The translations under genes were made by a program, and so were the position numbers. The notes under the pieces were generated by a model. The model was not told the DNA's origin, did no database searches, and worked only from the letters and a program-made list of their open reading frames with translations. A stretch of DNA of 24,000 nucleotides from Candidatus Hodarchaeaceae archaeon (GTDB taxonomy: Archaea; Hadarchaeota; Hadarchaeia; Hadarchaeales; Hadarchaeaceae), in contig JASEGJ010000010.1 of NCBI GenBank assembly GCA_030018135.1, positions 13,283 to 37,282 on the forward strand. The letters run 5' to 3'. Shown here piece after piece: positions 7,523-15,092 of this stretch. The first letter of the stretch is position 1. Each line of letters begins with the position of its first letter.

Positions 7523-7653
7523 AGCCCCGTGGGGTAGACCAGTAAAGCTGGGCCCAATGGTCAATCCTGGCGGACGCTTCACAAGGCCGCAATCTGGATC
7601 CGTCGACCCCGGTTCGAAATCGCCCCGCGACGAAGTTCCGGGCGGGGCTACCA
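7523..7653 (+). tRNA. tRNA-Gln (anticodon CUG) with three non-canonical introns and encoded CCA
   Basis: Same acceptor and D region as the 3291 gene. Anticodon stem GCGGA (7571-7575 region) / TCCGT, anticodon CTG at 7594-7596. T stem CCCGG/CCGGG. A 73-nt cloverleaf needs removal of about 7538-7557, 7576-7592 and 7619-7636. Confidence 0.8.
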
Positions 7654-7661
7654 TTTGATCC

Positions 7662-7922
7662 CTAGACCTCGACCACGATCGCCGTGTTCGTATCGACGAC
7701 GCCCTTGATCTTGTGGATGCCCTCGACAACCGTGTTCGTCAGCTTCGCCAGATCCTTCGCCTCGACGAAGACGACGATATCGTACGGCCCCGTCACGACG
7801 TGCACGGACTTAACTCCGGCCAGGCGCTCGAGTTCCTTCGCGACTTGCCTGACCCTGCCGATTGCCGCGGTCACCAAGATATAAGCCTGTATCACTTGCT
7901 CACCCCGCCAATTCTTTGGCAT
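7662..7922 (-). CDS. Stand-alone Lrp/AsnC-type ligand-binding (RAM) domain protein
   Basis: The ORF is open to 8063, but the RAM-like fold starts at the internal Met (MPKNWRGEQVIQAYILVTAAIGRVRQVAKELERLAGVKSVHVVTGPYDIVVFVEAKD..). The upstream extension overlaps the KH gene. No HTH domain. Confidence 0.7.
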   Translation of the reverse strand: MPKNWRGEQVIQAYILVTAAIGRVRQVAKELERLAGVKSVHVVTGPYDIVVFVEAKDLAKLTNTVVEGIHKIKGVVDTNTAIVVEV

Positions 7923-8004
7923 AATGCTATTTATAAGAACCGCCTCGAGAAGACCACCGTTTTCAAACGGAGGATGAATCGATGGATTACTTTCGACGAC
8001 CGCG

Positions 8005-8208
8005 TCACGTCGATTCCTTGATGTCGAGCTTTCGCTTAAGGACGAGCTCCACCGAGCGAACAACGCAGCCGCCCGCGCCTATCGCCTTCGCAACCTGCTC
8101 CTTTGGAACGTAGACGACGAGCTGTTCACCCTGCTCCTCAATCTTATCGATCTTGACGTTCAACATTCGCTTTATCAGTTCGATAGTTTTCTCTTCCAAG
8201 TGACGCAA
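8005..8208 (-). CDS. Small KH-domain RNA-binding protein
   Basis: 67-aa ORF with a GxxG loop (AIGAGGCVV) in a KH-like beta-alpha-alpha-beta context. TATA-like TTTTTAAAT upstream. Confidence 0.6.
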   Translation of the reverse strand: MRHLEEKTIELIKRMLNVKIDKIEEQGEQLVVYVPKEQVAKAIGAGGCVVRSVELVLKRKLDIKEST

Positions 8209-8285
8209 CTCCCTTGCGATGTTCTAATTCGGATTTAAAAAAGCTTATGCCGTCGGGTGGACGTCAAAAGTCGTTTGTTAGCTTT

Positions 8286-8996
8286 CTAAGCCGCCACCGT
8301 ATACCCCCATGAAACCGCATGCCATCCTCTGCGTTCTCTCGTCAATCTCTGGCAGAGCCCCGGAACATGTCCAGCGCCGACGACGCATACGATCCTCCCA
8401 CTGCTCAGGGCGAGGAGCTCGGCGATCCTCGCCGCCATATATTCATTGCGCTCCTCGATGAGTACCTCGTAGGCGGCTGGCGACGCGCGTTTCAGCGAGG
8501 ACAGAAGGTGGGAGAGGACCTCATCCTCGGTAAGCTTGTCCAATTTCACACGCGGGCCAAAGGGTAGGAACCCCAGCAAGATTTCGGCCAAAAACTTCAT
8601 CTTTTCCATCATCCCCGTTCGCCCCATGAGCCTCTCCAACGTTATCCCGATGTCGCGATCTATGAGTTCGACCCTAGCGCCGACCCTTTTCGCGCACTCG
8701 ATCGCAGCAAGCATTTCCTCGCCGGCCGGTGTGCCCGTCTGGCGGGCAAACCTGTTTTGGAGGAGGTAGAGCAAGTTGTTTAGCATGAATAGCCCAAACC
8801 TCCGGGCGCGCAGCACCTCGAGCACGCTTGGCCGCGGGAGATCATGCGCGAGCGCTTCATACCGCCCACGGCAGAGTTCGACGGCCACGACCTCCGGTCG
8901 CTCGCGCTCGATCGCCCTTTCGGCCTCGACCCTGCTCTCTGGCAGGATGTGGGCCACGCCTACCAGGATGAGGCGGTCGTTCAGCCTTCTAAGCAC
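8286..8996 (-). CDS. TraB/PrgY-family protein
   Basis: 236-aa ORF. N-terminal LILVGVAHILPESRVEAERAI..PEVVAVELC and C-terminal VVGAGHVPG, typical of the TraB family. Confidence 0.8.
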   Translation of the reverse strand: MLRRLNDRLILVGVAHILPESRVEAERAIERERPEVVAVELCRGRYEALAHDLPRPSVLEVLRARRFGLFMLNNLLYLLQNRFARQTGTPAGEEMLAAIECAKRVGARVELIDRDIGITLERLMGRTGMMEKMKFLAEILLGFLPFGPRVKLDKLTEDEVLSHLLSSLKRASPAAYEVLIEERNEYMAARIAELLALSSGRIVCVVGAGHVPGLCQRLTRERRGWHAVSWGYTVAA

Positions 8997-9648
8997 CTCG
9001 CCACCCCTTGACGCGATAGGTCAGGAGGAGATCGGCCCCGACGCGCCCGACGTTTTTTAGCTCGATTTCAACGCCATCGGAGACCTTGGCGAACCCCTCG
9101 CCGCCGACGAGGGTTCTGGCCGCCTCGCCCCCGACGATTCGAGGGGCGACCGCGACCCGCACCTCGTCCACCAGCCCCTGCCTGAGCATCCCCCAGTTCA
9201 GGGTCGAGCCCCCCTCGAGCAAGAGCTTGCGCACGCCCAGCGCGTACAGCCTCTCGAGAAGCATCGGCAGGTCGACCTCCTTGTCGCCGCCAACTATCAC
9301 CCGCGCGCCCATCGCTCGAAGCTTCTCCACATTCCTCCTCGGCGCCCTCCTGCTCACCGCGACGATGGTCTGCGCCGAGCCATCCAGGACCTTAGCGCCT
9401 CGAGGGGTCTTCGCCAAGCTGTCCACCACAACTCGCATCGGGTTCTTGCCCCGCGTGCGCCTCACGGTGAGCGAGGGATCGTCGGCGAGCACCGTGCCCA
9501 CGCCCACCATGACCGCATCGACGCTCGCGCGGAGTCTATGGACGCGGTCGAGGTCCTCCTCGCAGGAGATCCTGCTATCGCCGGCGACGGTGGCGATCTT
9601 GCCGTCGAGCGTCATCGCCGCGTTGAGGACGACGTAAGGGCGGGCCAT
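8989..9648 (-). CDS. arfC: 2,5-diamino-6-(ribosylamino)-4(3H)-pyrimidinone 5'-phosphate reductase (RibD C-terminal-domain type, archaeal riboflavin pathway)
   Basis: 219-aa ORF. PYVVLNAAMTLDGKIA..GDSRISCEEDLDRVHRLRA..DAVMVGVGTVLADDPSLTVR signature. 8-nt overlap with the downstream TraB gene. Confidence 0.8.
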   Translation of the reverse strand: MARPYVVLNAAMTLDGKIATVAGDSRISCEEDLDRVHRLRASVDAVMVGVGTVLADDPSLTVRRTRGKNPMRVVVDSLAKTPRGAKVLDGSAQTIVAVSRRAPRRNVEKLRAMGARVIVGGDKEVDLPMLLERLYALGVRKLLLEGGSTLNWGMLRQGLVDEVRVAVAPRIVGGEAARTLVGGEGFAKVSDGVEIELKNVGRVGADLLLTYRVKGWRGA

Positions 9649-9835
9649 TCGCGAACCCCAGGGTTCAATAACTCGCCCGGGGCTCTTAAGGCTGTTTAGC
9701 CGTTATGGGCTTCCCGGACCATTCGCATCCGAAAAAATAATAAGCACCCCTCACAAGTAGCCATCGCACGGTTAGGCGGTGATTTGCCGAAAAATGGGTG
9801 ATGATCTCTCATAAGCTCAGATAGGAGGTGGCTGG

Positions 9836-10081
9836 ATGAAAAAGGCGTCCGAATACTACGGCATGCGCATTTACAGCGATCGAGCGCGTTACATCGGCGC
9901 GGTCGAGGATGTAGTGATCGACGATAAGGAGGGTGCGGTGGTGGGGCTGGCTTTTGGCCGGAGGGAGGGCAAAGTGGCCTCTGTGCCCTACAGCAGCATT
10001 ATGGCGATTGGCGACATCGTTCTCGTTCGAACCAAAAAGCCGACTGAACCAGGAGGGGCCGGTGTTGCTGCAGGAGTTTGA
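9836..10081 (+). CDS. PRC-barrel domain protein
   Basis: 81-aa ORF (YYGMRIYSDRARYIGAVEDVVIDDKEGAVVGLAF..VPYSSIMAIGDIVLV). GGAGGTG lies 7 nt upstream of the ATG. Confidence 0.7.
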   Translation: MKKASEYYGMRIYSDRARYIGAVEDVVIDDKEGAVVGLAFGRREGKVASVPYSSIMAIGDIVLVRTKKPTEPGGAGVAAGV

Positions 10082-10607
10082 CGGCAAGCGACCGCGCATC
10101 CACCCCACAGCATTTGTCCACCCCGCCGCAGTCGTCATCGGTGATGTCACCATAGGGGAATACTCCAGCGTCTGGCCTGGTGCGGTCGTCCGGGGGGATT
10201 TTGCAAGCGTTAAGGTGGGCCGCTACACCTGCGTGCAGGACAATACCGTCGTCCACGCAGCCGACATCTATGAGGGTAAAACGGAGAAGTACTTGCCGGT
10301 CAAGATCGGCGACTACGTCATCGTCGGTCATAACGCGCTACTGCACGGCTGTGCGATAGCGAATGACTGCATAGTTGGCGCTGGCTCGATTGTGTTCAAC
10401 GGCGCCAGGGTCCGCGAGGGGGCGCTCGTAGGCATGGGGGCGGTTGTGCTGGCGGATGTTGAGGTGCCCCCGCGCACCATCGTCATCGGCATACCGGCAA
10501 GACCCCTTCGGAGGTTGACCGATGAGGAGTTCGGCAGGATCCGCGCACAGGCAAAAAACTACGCCAAGCTGGCGAGGCTGTACAAATCGTCCGGCGTAGA
10601 AGGTTAG
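10062..10607 (+). CDS. Gamma-class carbonic anhydrase-like left-handed beta-helix protein
   Basis: The tracked ORF opens at 9933, but homology-like sequence starts at GTG 10062, preceded by AGGAGG. Hexapeptide-repeat protein with RIHPTAFVHPAAVVIGDVTIGEYSSVWPGAVVRGD. Confidence 0.85.
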   Translation: MLLQEFDGKRPRIHPTAFVHPAAVVIGDVTIGEYSSVWPGAVVRGDFASVKVGRYTCVQDNTVVHAADIYEGKTEKYLPVKIGDYVIVGHNALLHGCAIANDCIVGAGSIVFNGARVREGALVGMGAVVLADVEVPPRTIVIGIPARPLRRLTDEEFGRIRAQAKNYAKLARLYKSSGVEG

Positions 10608-10697
10608 GTTACAATGCTTCAGTTTTTACTGTCATCTCCTTTTAGCGACTACGCCCGTCGGTAGCCCATTGAACCCATCGATCGCGTTTTAAGCCCT

Positions 10698-11777
10698 TCA
10701 GAGCGGCACAAACGTGGTCTCCAGTCGATCATGGGTTGGATATTCCTCGACTATGGCAAACTTTAGATTTGGCTCGAGCTTGGCCAGCTCTTCCGCGATG
10801 TACCAGGCCGTCTCGAGCCTGCATTTTTTTCTATCGACTGCCATTAGCTCGGCGGGGATGTCATAGCGCCTGATCAATCGCCTTCTCGTGGCCCTCAGCT
10901 CTGCTGCCGGCAGGTCGTAGATGATGCCCTTTATCAGCAACCCATCCTCGTTGATGACATCGTAGGGCATCGCGACATTTTTCGCCCTCCGCTTGAGCCT
11001 GTTGCGCAACTGCACGCCGTCCTTGAGCGCGCTTGGGCAGTAGTGGATGTTTAAGCGGGTGTTACGGGCCGCCCATTCAAGCACCCTTCGCGCGATCTCC
11101 TCGCTGCCCTTTACCGCCATCGATTCATCTGACTTGATCTTGAAACCTCTAGCCTTTAGCGCCGCGAGGTTCGTGTCGGAGAACTCCAGCTCGTTCAAAT
11201 TGACGAAGGGGCAACCGATGCGATCCAGTTCGCGAAGCAACGCGATGGTATGCCTAAATTTGCCCGGTACCGCGGGAATTTCGACGCCGGCGCGGAGCCC
11301 GGCCTCCAACGCCCTTTGAACGGGCTCGTGCGACCAAGTGTGGAATCTGAGCTCGTCGAGCCCCGCCAGACGCAACCTGTGCAATTGCTTCGAGGACAGC
11401 TCGCCCCCCACGTACATGTGGACGTGATGACGTTTGCCGAACCTCCGCTTGAGGAGCCGAAGGTAGCGAAGGGCTCGTCCTAGCCGCAGGGATGGGTCGC
11501 CCCCAGTTAGGCCGGTGCCAAGCGCATCGATGAGTTCGGCTTCCTCGACGATATCTCGCTGAGACCTGACCGGGCGCTCGTTGGCGTAGATGACATCCTT
11601 GCCGCGGCGCCTATCCGATAGCGGGCAATAAAAGCAGCCACGGGTGCAGAGCCCGGTGACAAACAGCACCAGCTTAGCGCCGCGTATGCAAAGTCGGCAG
11701 CCCTTTGGCATTCTTCCAAGCAGGATCGAGTTCGCGGGGGTGCGGACGACTCGGCGGCGCTGGTCACTCGCCCTCAT
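10698..11777 (-). CDS. Radical SAM protein (PflA-related, COG2108-like, function unknown)
   Basis: 359-aa ORF with CTRGCFYC (CxxxCxxC) after MPKGCRLCIRGAKLVLFVTG. Its ATG (11777-11775) lies 14 nt inside the end of moaE. Confidence 0.8.
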   Translation of the reverse strand: MRASDQRRRVVRTPANSILLGRMPKGCRLCIRGAKLVLFVTGLCTRGCFYCPLSDRRRGKDVIYANERPVRSQRDIVEEAELIDALGTGLTGGDPSLRLGRALRYLRLLKRRFGKRHHVHMYVGGELSSKQLHRLRLAGLDELRFHTWSHEPVQRALEAGLRAGVEIPAVPGKFRHTIALLRELDRIGCPFVNLNELEFSDTNLAALKARGFKIKSDESMAVKGSEEIARRVLEWAARNTRLNIHYCPSALKDGVQLRNRLKRRAKNVAMPYDVINEDGLLIKGIIYDLPAAELRATRRRLIRRYDIPAELMAVDRKKCRLETAWYIAEELAKLEPNLKFAIVEEYPTHDRLETTFVPL

Positions 11778-12192
11778 GAACCCAGTACTCCCCGCTTTCC
11801 GTGACTTCCTTCTTCCATATCGGCACCTCCGTTTTTATGCGGTTCATGATCTTTTGGAGCGCGGAGAATACGTCGGATCGGTGCCTGCCACCCACGATGA
11901 CATAAATGGCGTCATCCCCGGGCGTCAGGTCATCGATGATGTGGTGGATCATCACCCTCGAAATTTTCGGGTCCTTTTCCACATCCCTGGCTATTTGTTC
12001 GAGCTTTTTCACGGCATCCTCAGAGCACTCGTAGTGGAGTCGCTTCACCTCCTCGCCATCCTTCGACACATGCCTGACCACGCCGATGAAACAACCTATC
12101 GCGCCAACGTTCCCCCTGAGATCTTGCCTGAACTCTTCCAACAGCTTGGGCAGGTCAAGTTCGCCTTTCCGGTGGATCCCAACGTCGGCCAT
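11764..12192 (-). CDS. moaE: Molybdopterin synthase catalytic subunit MoaE
   Basis: MoaE-type sequence with the C-terminal VPIWKKE motif. ATG at 12192 preferred over the TTG at 12204. Confidence 0.9.
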   Translation of the reverse strand: MADVGIHRKGELDLPKLLEEFRQDLRGNVGAIGCFIGVVRHVSKDGEEVKRLHYECSEDAVKKLEQIARDVEKDPKISRVMIHHIIDDLTPGDDAIYVIVGGRHRSDVFSALQKIMNRIKTEVPIWKKEVTESGEYWVHEGE

Positions 12193-12260
12193 TGTTAGCC
12201 CCAATGGAACTAGTTCGTCCAGTTAAAATTAGCCTCCGACCAAGTTTTAGAAGTATATCG

Positions 12261-13277
12261 CTAAATGCCTTTGCAAACGGGGCAGTTTGGATCCCGGCGA
12301 ACTTCGATTACGTCGAACGTCATGTCCTCCCCGTTAAAGAACAGCATTTGTCCGACGAGCGGTTTGCCTATGCCCACGATGAGCTTGATAGCCTCCATCG
12401 CCTGAAGGCAGCCGATCGCGCCCGGCGTCGGACCCAGTACTGGGAAGGCGGGTTTCATGGGCGGTTCCCTCGGAATGATGCATCTCAAACACGGCCCCTT
12501 GCCCGGCAGGACGGTCGCGAGCTGGCCGATGAGCCCCTCGACGGCGCCGTGCACGAATGGCACGCGGTTGCGCACGCAGGCTTCGTTCAACAGGTAGCGC
12601 GTTGGATAGTTGTCCATGCCATCGATGACGACATCGGCGTCCTTGATGAGGGCACCCACATTTTTGTTCGTTATGACGTCGAGCTTGCTGTCTATTTCCA
12701 CGCTCGGGTTCATGGCAAACAACTTTTCGATCGCAGACCCAGCTTTTGACCGACCCACGTCGAGATGCCAATGCAGTATCTGGCGGTTGAGATTGCTGAG
12801 TTCGACTCGTTCAGCGTCGAGGATTGTCAGGTGCCCAACGCCGGCAGCGACCAAGTATACCGAGGCGGGACTGCCGAGGCCCCCCAAGCCAGCCACGAGC
12901 ACGTGCGCGGCCTTCAGCTTTCGCTGTCCCTCCTTGCCAAATCCGCGAATCATCATCTGCCGATTGTAGCGCTCGAGTTCCTCCGGCGTGAACGATGCTC
13001 CGCCCGATACCGGCGGAAAGATCGCCACGATGTCGCCATCTTTTAGCCCCGTCTTCAACCCGCTGAGCAGGTTTATGCCGCGGCCGTTCACCAGAATGTG
13101 GACGGTATCGCGCAGCTTTCCAGTCCTTGGCTCATAGAGTTGTTCAGCTAGCCTTTCCCCAAACTTACGGACGAGCTCCTCGAGCAGGGAAGCTACATCC
13201 TCTACGCCATCGATGTCCTCTTGTTCCTTCCCAACGGCCTCGCGGAAGTTCGCGAAGAACTTCACCTTGATAGCCAA
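12261..13277 (-). CDS. Fusion protein: MoaD/ThiS-type ubiquitin-like domain ending in Gly-Gly (aa 1-93), joined to a MoeB/ThiF/UbaA-type E1-like adenylyltransferase (aa 94-338)
   Basis: N terminus MAIKVKFFANFRE..DIVAIFPPVSGG (GG codons 13004-12999). It continues directly into ASFTPEELERYNRQ..VLVAGLGGLGSP..LSNLNRQ (E1 nucleotide-binding motifs) and the CLRC..CPVC zinc motif. TTG start. Confidence 0.9.
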   Translation of the reverse strand: MAIKVKFFANFREAVGKEQEDIDGVEDVASLLEELVRKFGERLAEQLYEPRTGKLRDTVHILVNGRGINLLSGLKTGLKDGDIVAIFPPVSGGASFTPEELERYNRQMMIRGFGKEGQRKLKAAHVLVAGLGGLGSPASVYLVAAGVGHLTILDAERVELSNLNRQILHWHLDVGRSKAGSAIEKLFAMNPSVEIDSKLDVITNKNVGALIKDADVVIDGMDNYPTRYLLNEACVRNRVPFVHGAVEGLIGQLATVLPGKGPCLRCIIPREPPMKPAFPVLGPTPGAIGCLQAMEAIKLIVGIGKPLVGQMLFFNGEDMTFDVIEVRRDPNCPVCKGI

Positions 13278-13560
13278 TGTGCCACCAGCCCACGGTTGGG
13301 TTCGATCAATTATAAGTTTAGAGGGTAGGGTTTTCGGCAGTCATGTTAATGAAACAGTGGTCGGCGGGGGCTGGGGAATGCCTATATTTACCTATCGGTA
13401 AAGGGTTGTCCGAGGGGGAGCATAGATGTCGGCGCGAGGCTTCTCGGGCATAAAAATTTCAGCTTCGTGTGGAAGGTTCAAGCGGGATCGAGTAGCATCG
13501 CGCTTAAGACGAAGAGGCTATGGCCAAGAGATCCCCCGCGGGGCATAGGAGGGGTGGAAA

Positions 13561-14103
13561 ATGGCAGGGGTAAAAACACAAATTCAAAACATAGTGCTGT
13601 CCGTCACCTACGAGGGCATAGAGTTCAACCTCGAGAAGCTGGCGAAGTCCCTGGACGGGGCGAGGTACGACCCGGAGGTCTTTCCGGGCATAGCGTATAA
13701 GTCGGAGGATCCTTCGGCGTCATTTCTCATCTTCTCATCGGGCAAGATGAACTGCGTCGGCGCAAGAAGCATGAACGACGCCAGGCAGGCGATAAAGAAG
13801 CTGACGAAGAAGCTCAGAAAGGCCAGCGTCAAGGTAAAATCCGAGCCGAAGGTCGAGGTTCAAAATATGGTCGCTTCCTTTGACTTCGGAAGGGAGTTCG
13901 ACCTCGAGCGAATCGCACGAAGTTTTGAGAACACCGAGTACGAGCCCGAGGTCTTTCCGGGGCTCGTCTTCAGGCTCGACGATCCTCCTGTCGTAGTGCT
14001 GCTATTCGTGTCGGGGAAGGGCGTCTGCGCTGGCGCTAAGAGCATGAGGGACGTAAAAAAGGCGGCACAAAAGATAACTAAATTACTTTCCCGCCGAGCA
14101 TAG
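13561..14103 (+). CDS. tbp: TATA-box-binding protein
   Basis: 180-aa ORF with the two TBP direct repeats (IQNIVLSV..YDPEVFPGIAYK..FSSGKMNCVGARS and VQNMVASF..YEPEVFPGLVFR..FVSGKGVCAGAKS). GGAGGGG upstream. Confidence 0.95.
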   Translation: MAGVKTQIQNIVLSVTYEGIEFNLEKLAKSLDGARYDPEVFPGIAYKSEDPSASFLIFSSGKMNCVGARSMNDARQAIKKLTKKLRKASVKVKSEPKVEVQNMVASFDFGREFDLERIARSFENTEYEPEVFPGLVFRLDDPPVVVLLFVSGKGVCAGAKSMRDVKKAAQKITKLLSRRA

Positions 14104-14138
14104 TGGCCCAGTTTGCCCCGCAGCTCCCACAGAATTTT

Positions 14139-14151
14139 ATAACAACGTTAT
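14139..14151. promoter_or_regulatory. Palindromic operator candidate ATAAC-N3-GTTAT (site a1), abutting a TTTATAAG TATA box
   Basis: ATAACAACGTTAT, immediately followed by ATTTATAAG. Confidence 0.6.
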
Positions 14152-14178
14152 ATTTATAAGGGGGGGGTTTATCGAAGT

Positions 14179-14191
14179 ATAACGGTGTGAT
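14179..14191. promoter_or_regulatory. Second, one-mismatch copy of the operator candidate (site a2)
   Basis: ATAACGGTGTGAT, 40 nt downstream of site a1, between the TATA box and the SD/ATG of the micro-ORF. Confidence 0.4.
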
Positions 14192-14206
14192 AGAGGAGGT
14201 AATCCA

Positions 14207-14236
14207 ATGAGGAATAGCCTTTGCGCCTGCTGCTGA
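14207..14236 (+). CDS. 9-codon Cys-rich micro-ORF (MRNSLCACC)
   Basis: ATG is preceded at 6-7 nt by GAGGAGGT, among the strongest SD-like sites I saw in the window. Sits downstream of a TATA box plus two operator-like palindromes. Translation unproven. Confidence 0.3.
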   Translation: MRNSLCACC

Positions 14237-14242
14237 TGCGTC

Positions 14243-14265
14243 GGGAGATAGGCCTTTTTCCTCCC
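14243..14265 (+). terminator. Hairpin with embedded T5 tract after the micro-ORF (possible bidirectional terminator, also for hypC)
   Basis: GGGAG (14243-14247) pairs with CTCCC (14261-14265). The loop contains TTTTT (14255-14259). CTCC is also complementary to the upstream GGAG of the SD. Confidence 0.4.
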
Positions 14266-14296
14266 AATTACCATCAACCGAAAACGAATTGTGTTC

Positions 14297-15091
14297 CTAA
14301 TCTGTTTCTACCATATATCTCTTCAGTTTCTCAGCGAGTTCGGCGGGAAGTGGCATAGATTCCATGAGCGTCGTATCCGTACAAACGGAAACGGTCGAGC
14401 ACTCGGCCACCACTTTACCCGACGTGAGATTTTTGATGACATTTCTGAACTTTATGTGCTTCCGTCCAACCTCTTCCACCCAGACCGCGACCTCGATCAT
14501 GTTGTCCAATCTGACTGGCCCAAGTATCCTGCCCGAGGTCTCCACGGTTGGGACAAACAGGCCAAACTTGTGGATTAACGCGGCATAGCTGAAACCGAGG
14601 CCCTCGAGAAGCTCCTGCTGCGCCCGCTCGCAGAACCTAAAGTAGTTCGTGTAGTGCATGACTTGTAGGTAGTCCGTGTCCGAGAGGGAGACCTTATAAG
14701 ATCTCTTGAAAGCGTTGCTGGGTATGAAAATTTCCTTCTCAGCGACTGCCATGGGTTCCGCTACCTCCGGCTCGATACTTGCTATCGACCCACGGACCCC
14801 TAAAGAATTCAGCAATTTATCCGTTTCATCCGTGGCCTTTTCTTTCGCCGCTTTTTCGTCGAGCCCAGCATCCAGCAGTTCCTGTGTGCGGATGTCCCGG
14901 TACAATGCCACATTTTCCATGAAATCTTCTGGGCTGAGCTTACCTATTATCATGCCGGCGTGGATCATGACCAAGTCACCGGACGAGATCCCGCTCGCCG
15001 CCACGACGACCTCTTTCTTAACTCCGCCGAAATCCACGAGGGCTGTGGGACCATCGAGGCTAAGGATTTTTGCTGGAACGCCCCAACACAT
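14297..15091 (-). CDS. hypC: HypC (hydrogenase maturation chaperone) fused to a C-terminal hotdog-fold 4HBT/YbgC-type acyl-CoA thioesterase domain
   Basis: N terminus MCWGVPAKILSLDG..ALVDFGGVKKEV..GDLVMIHAGMIIGKL is canonical HypC (Met-Cys start at 15091, 1 nt after the hypD stop). After a Lys/Glu-rich linker comes YKVSLSDTDYLQVMHYTNYFRFCERAQQELLEGLGFSY.., matching the 4HBT thioesterase pattern. Single uninterrupted ORF. Confidence 0.85.
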   Translation of the reverse strand: MCWGVPAKILSLDGPTALVDFGGVKKEVVVAASGISSGDLVMIHAGMIIGKLSPEDFMENVALYRDIRTQELLDAGLDEKAAKEKATDETDKLLNSLGVRGSIASIEPEVAEPMAVAEKEIFIPSNAFKRSYKVSLSDTDYLQVMHYTNYFRFCERAQQELLEGLGFSYAALIHKFGLFVPTVETSGRILGPVRLDNMIEVAVWVEEVGRKHIKFRNVIKNLTSGKVVAECSTVSVCTDTTLMESMPLPAELAEKLKRYMVETD

Positions 15092-15092
15092 G

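Noticed and set aside
7514-7729. 71-aa minus-strand ORF overlapping tRNA-Gln(CUG). The full 99-aa ORF at 3322..3621 similarly extends across tRNA-Gln(UUG).
   Set aside because: These are read-through of structured tRNA DNA. The 7514 ORF has a low-complexity Ser/Arg composition. Only the part of the 3322..3621 ORF upstream of the tRNA (3427-3621) is considered potentially meaningful.
9800-9835. GTGATGA (C-box-like) upstream of the PRC-barrel gene as a C/D box sRNA.
   Set aside because: No matching D box (CTGA) or C'/D' pair lies at an appropriate distance. The segment is better explained as the 5' UTR with the GGAGGTG ribosome-binding site.
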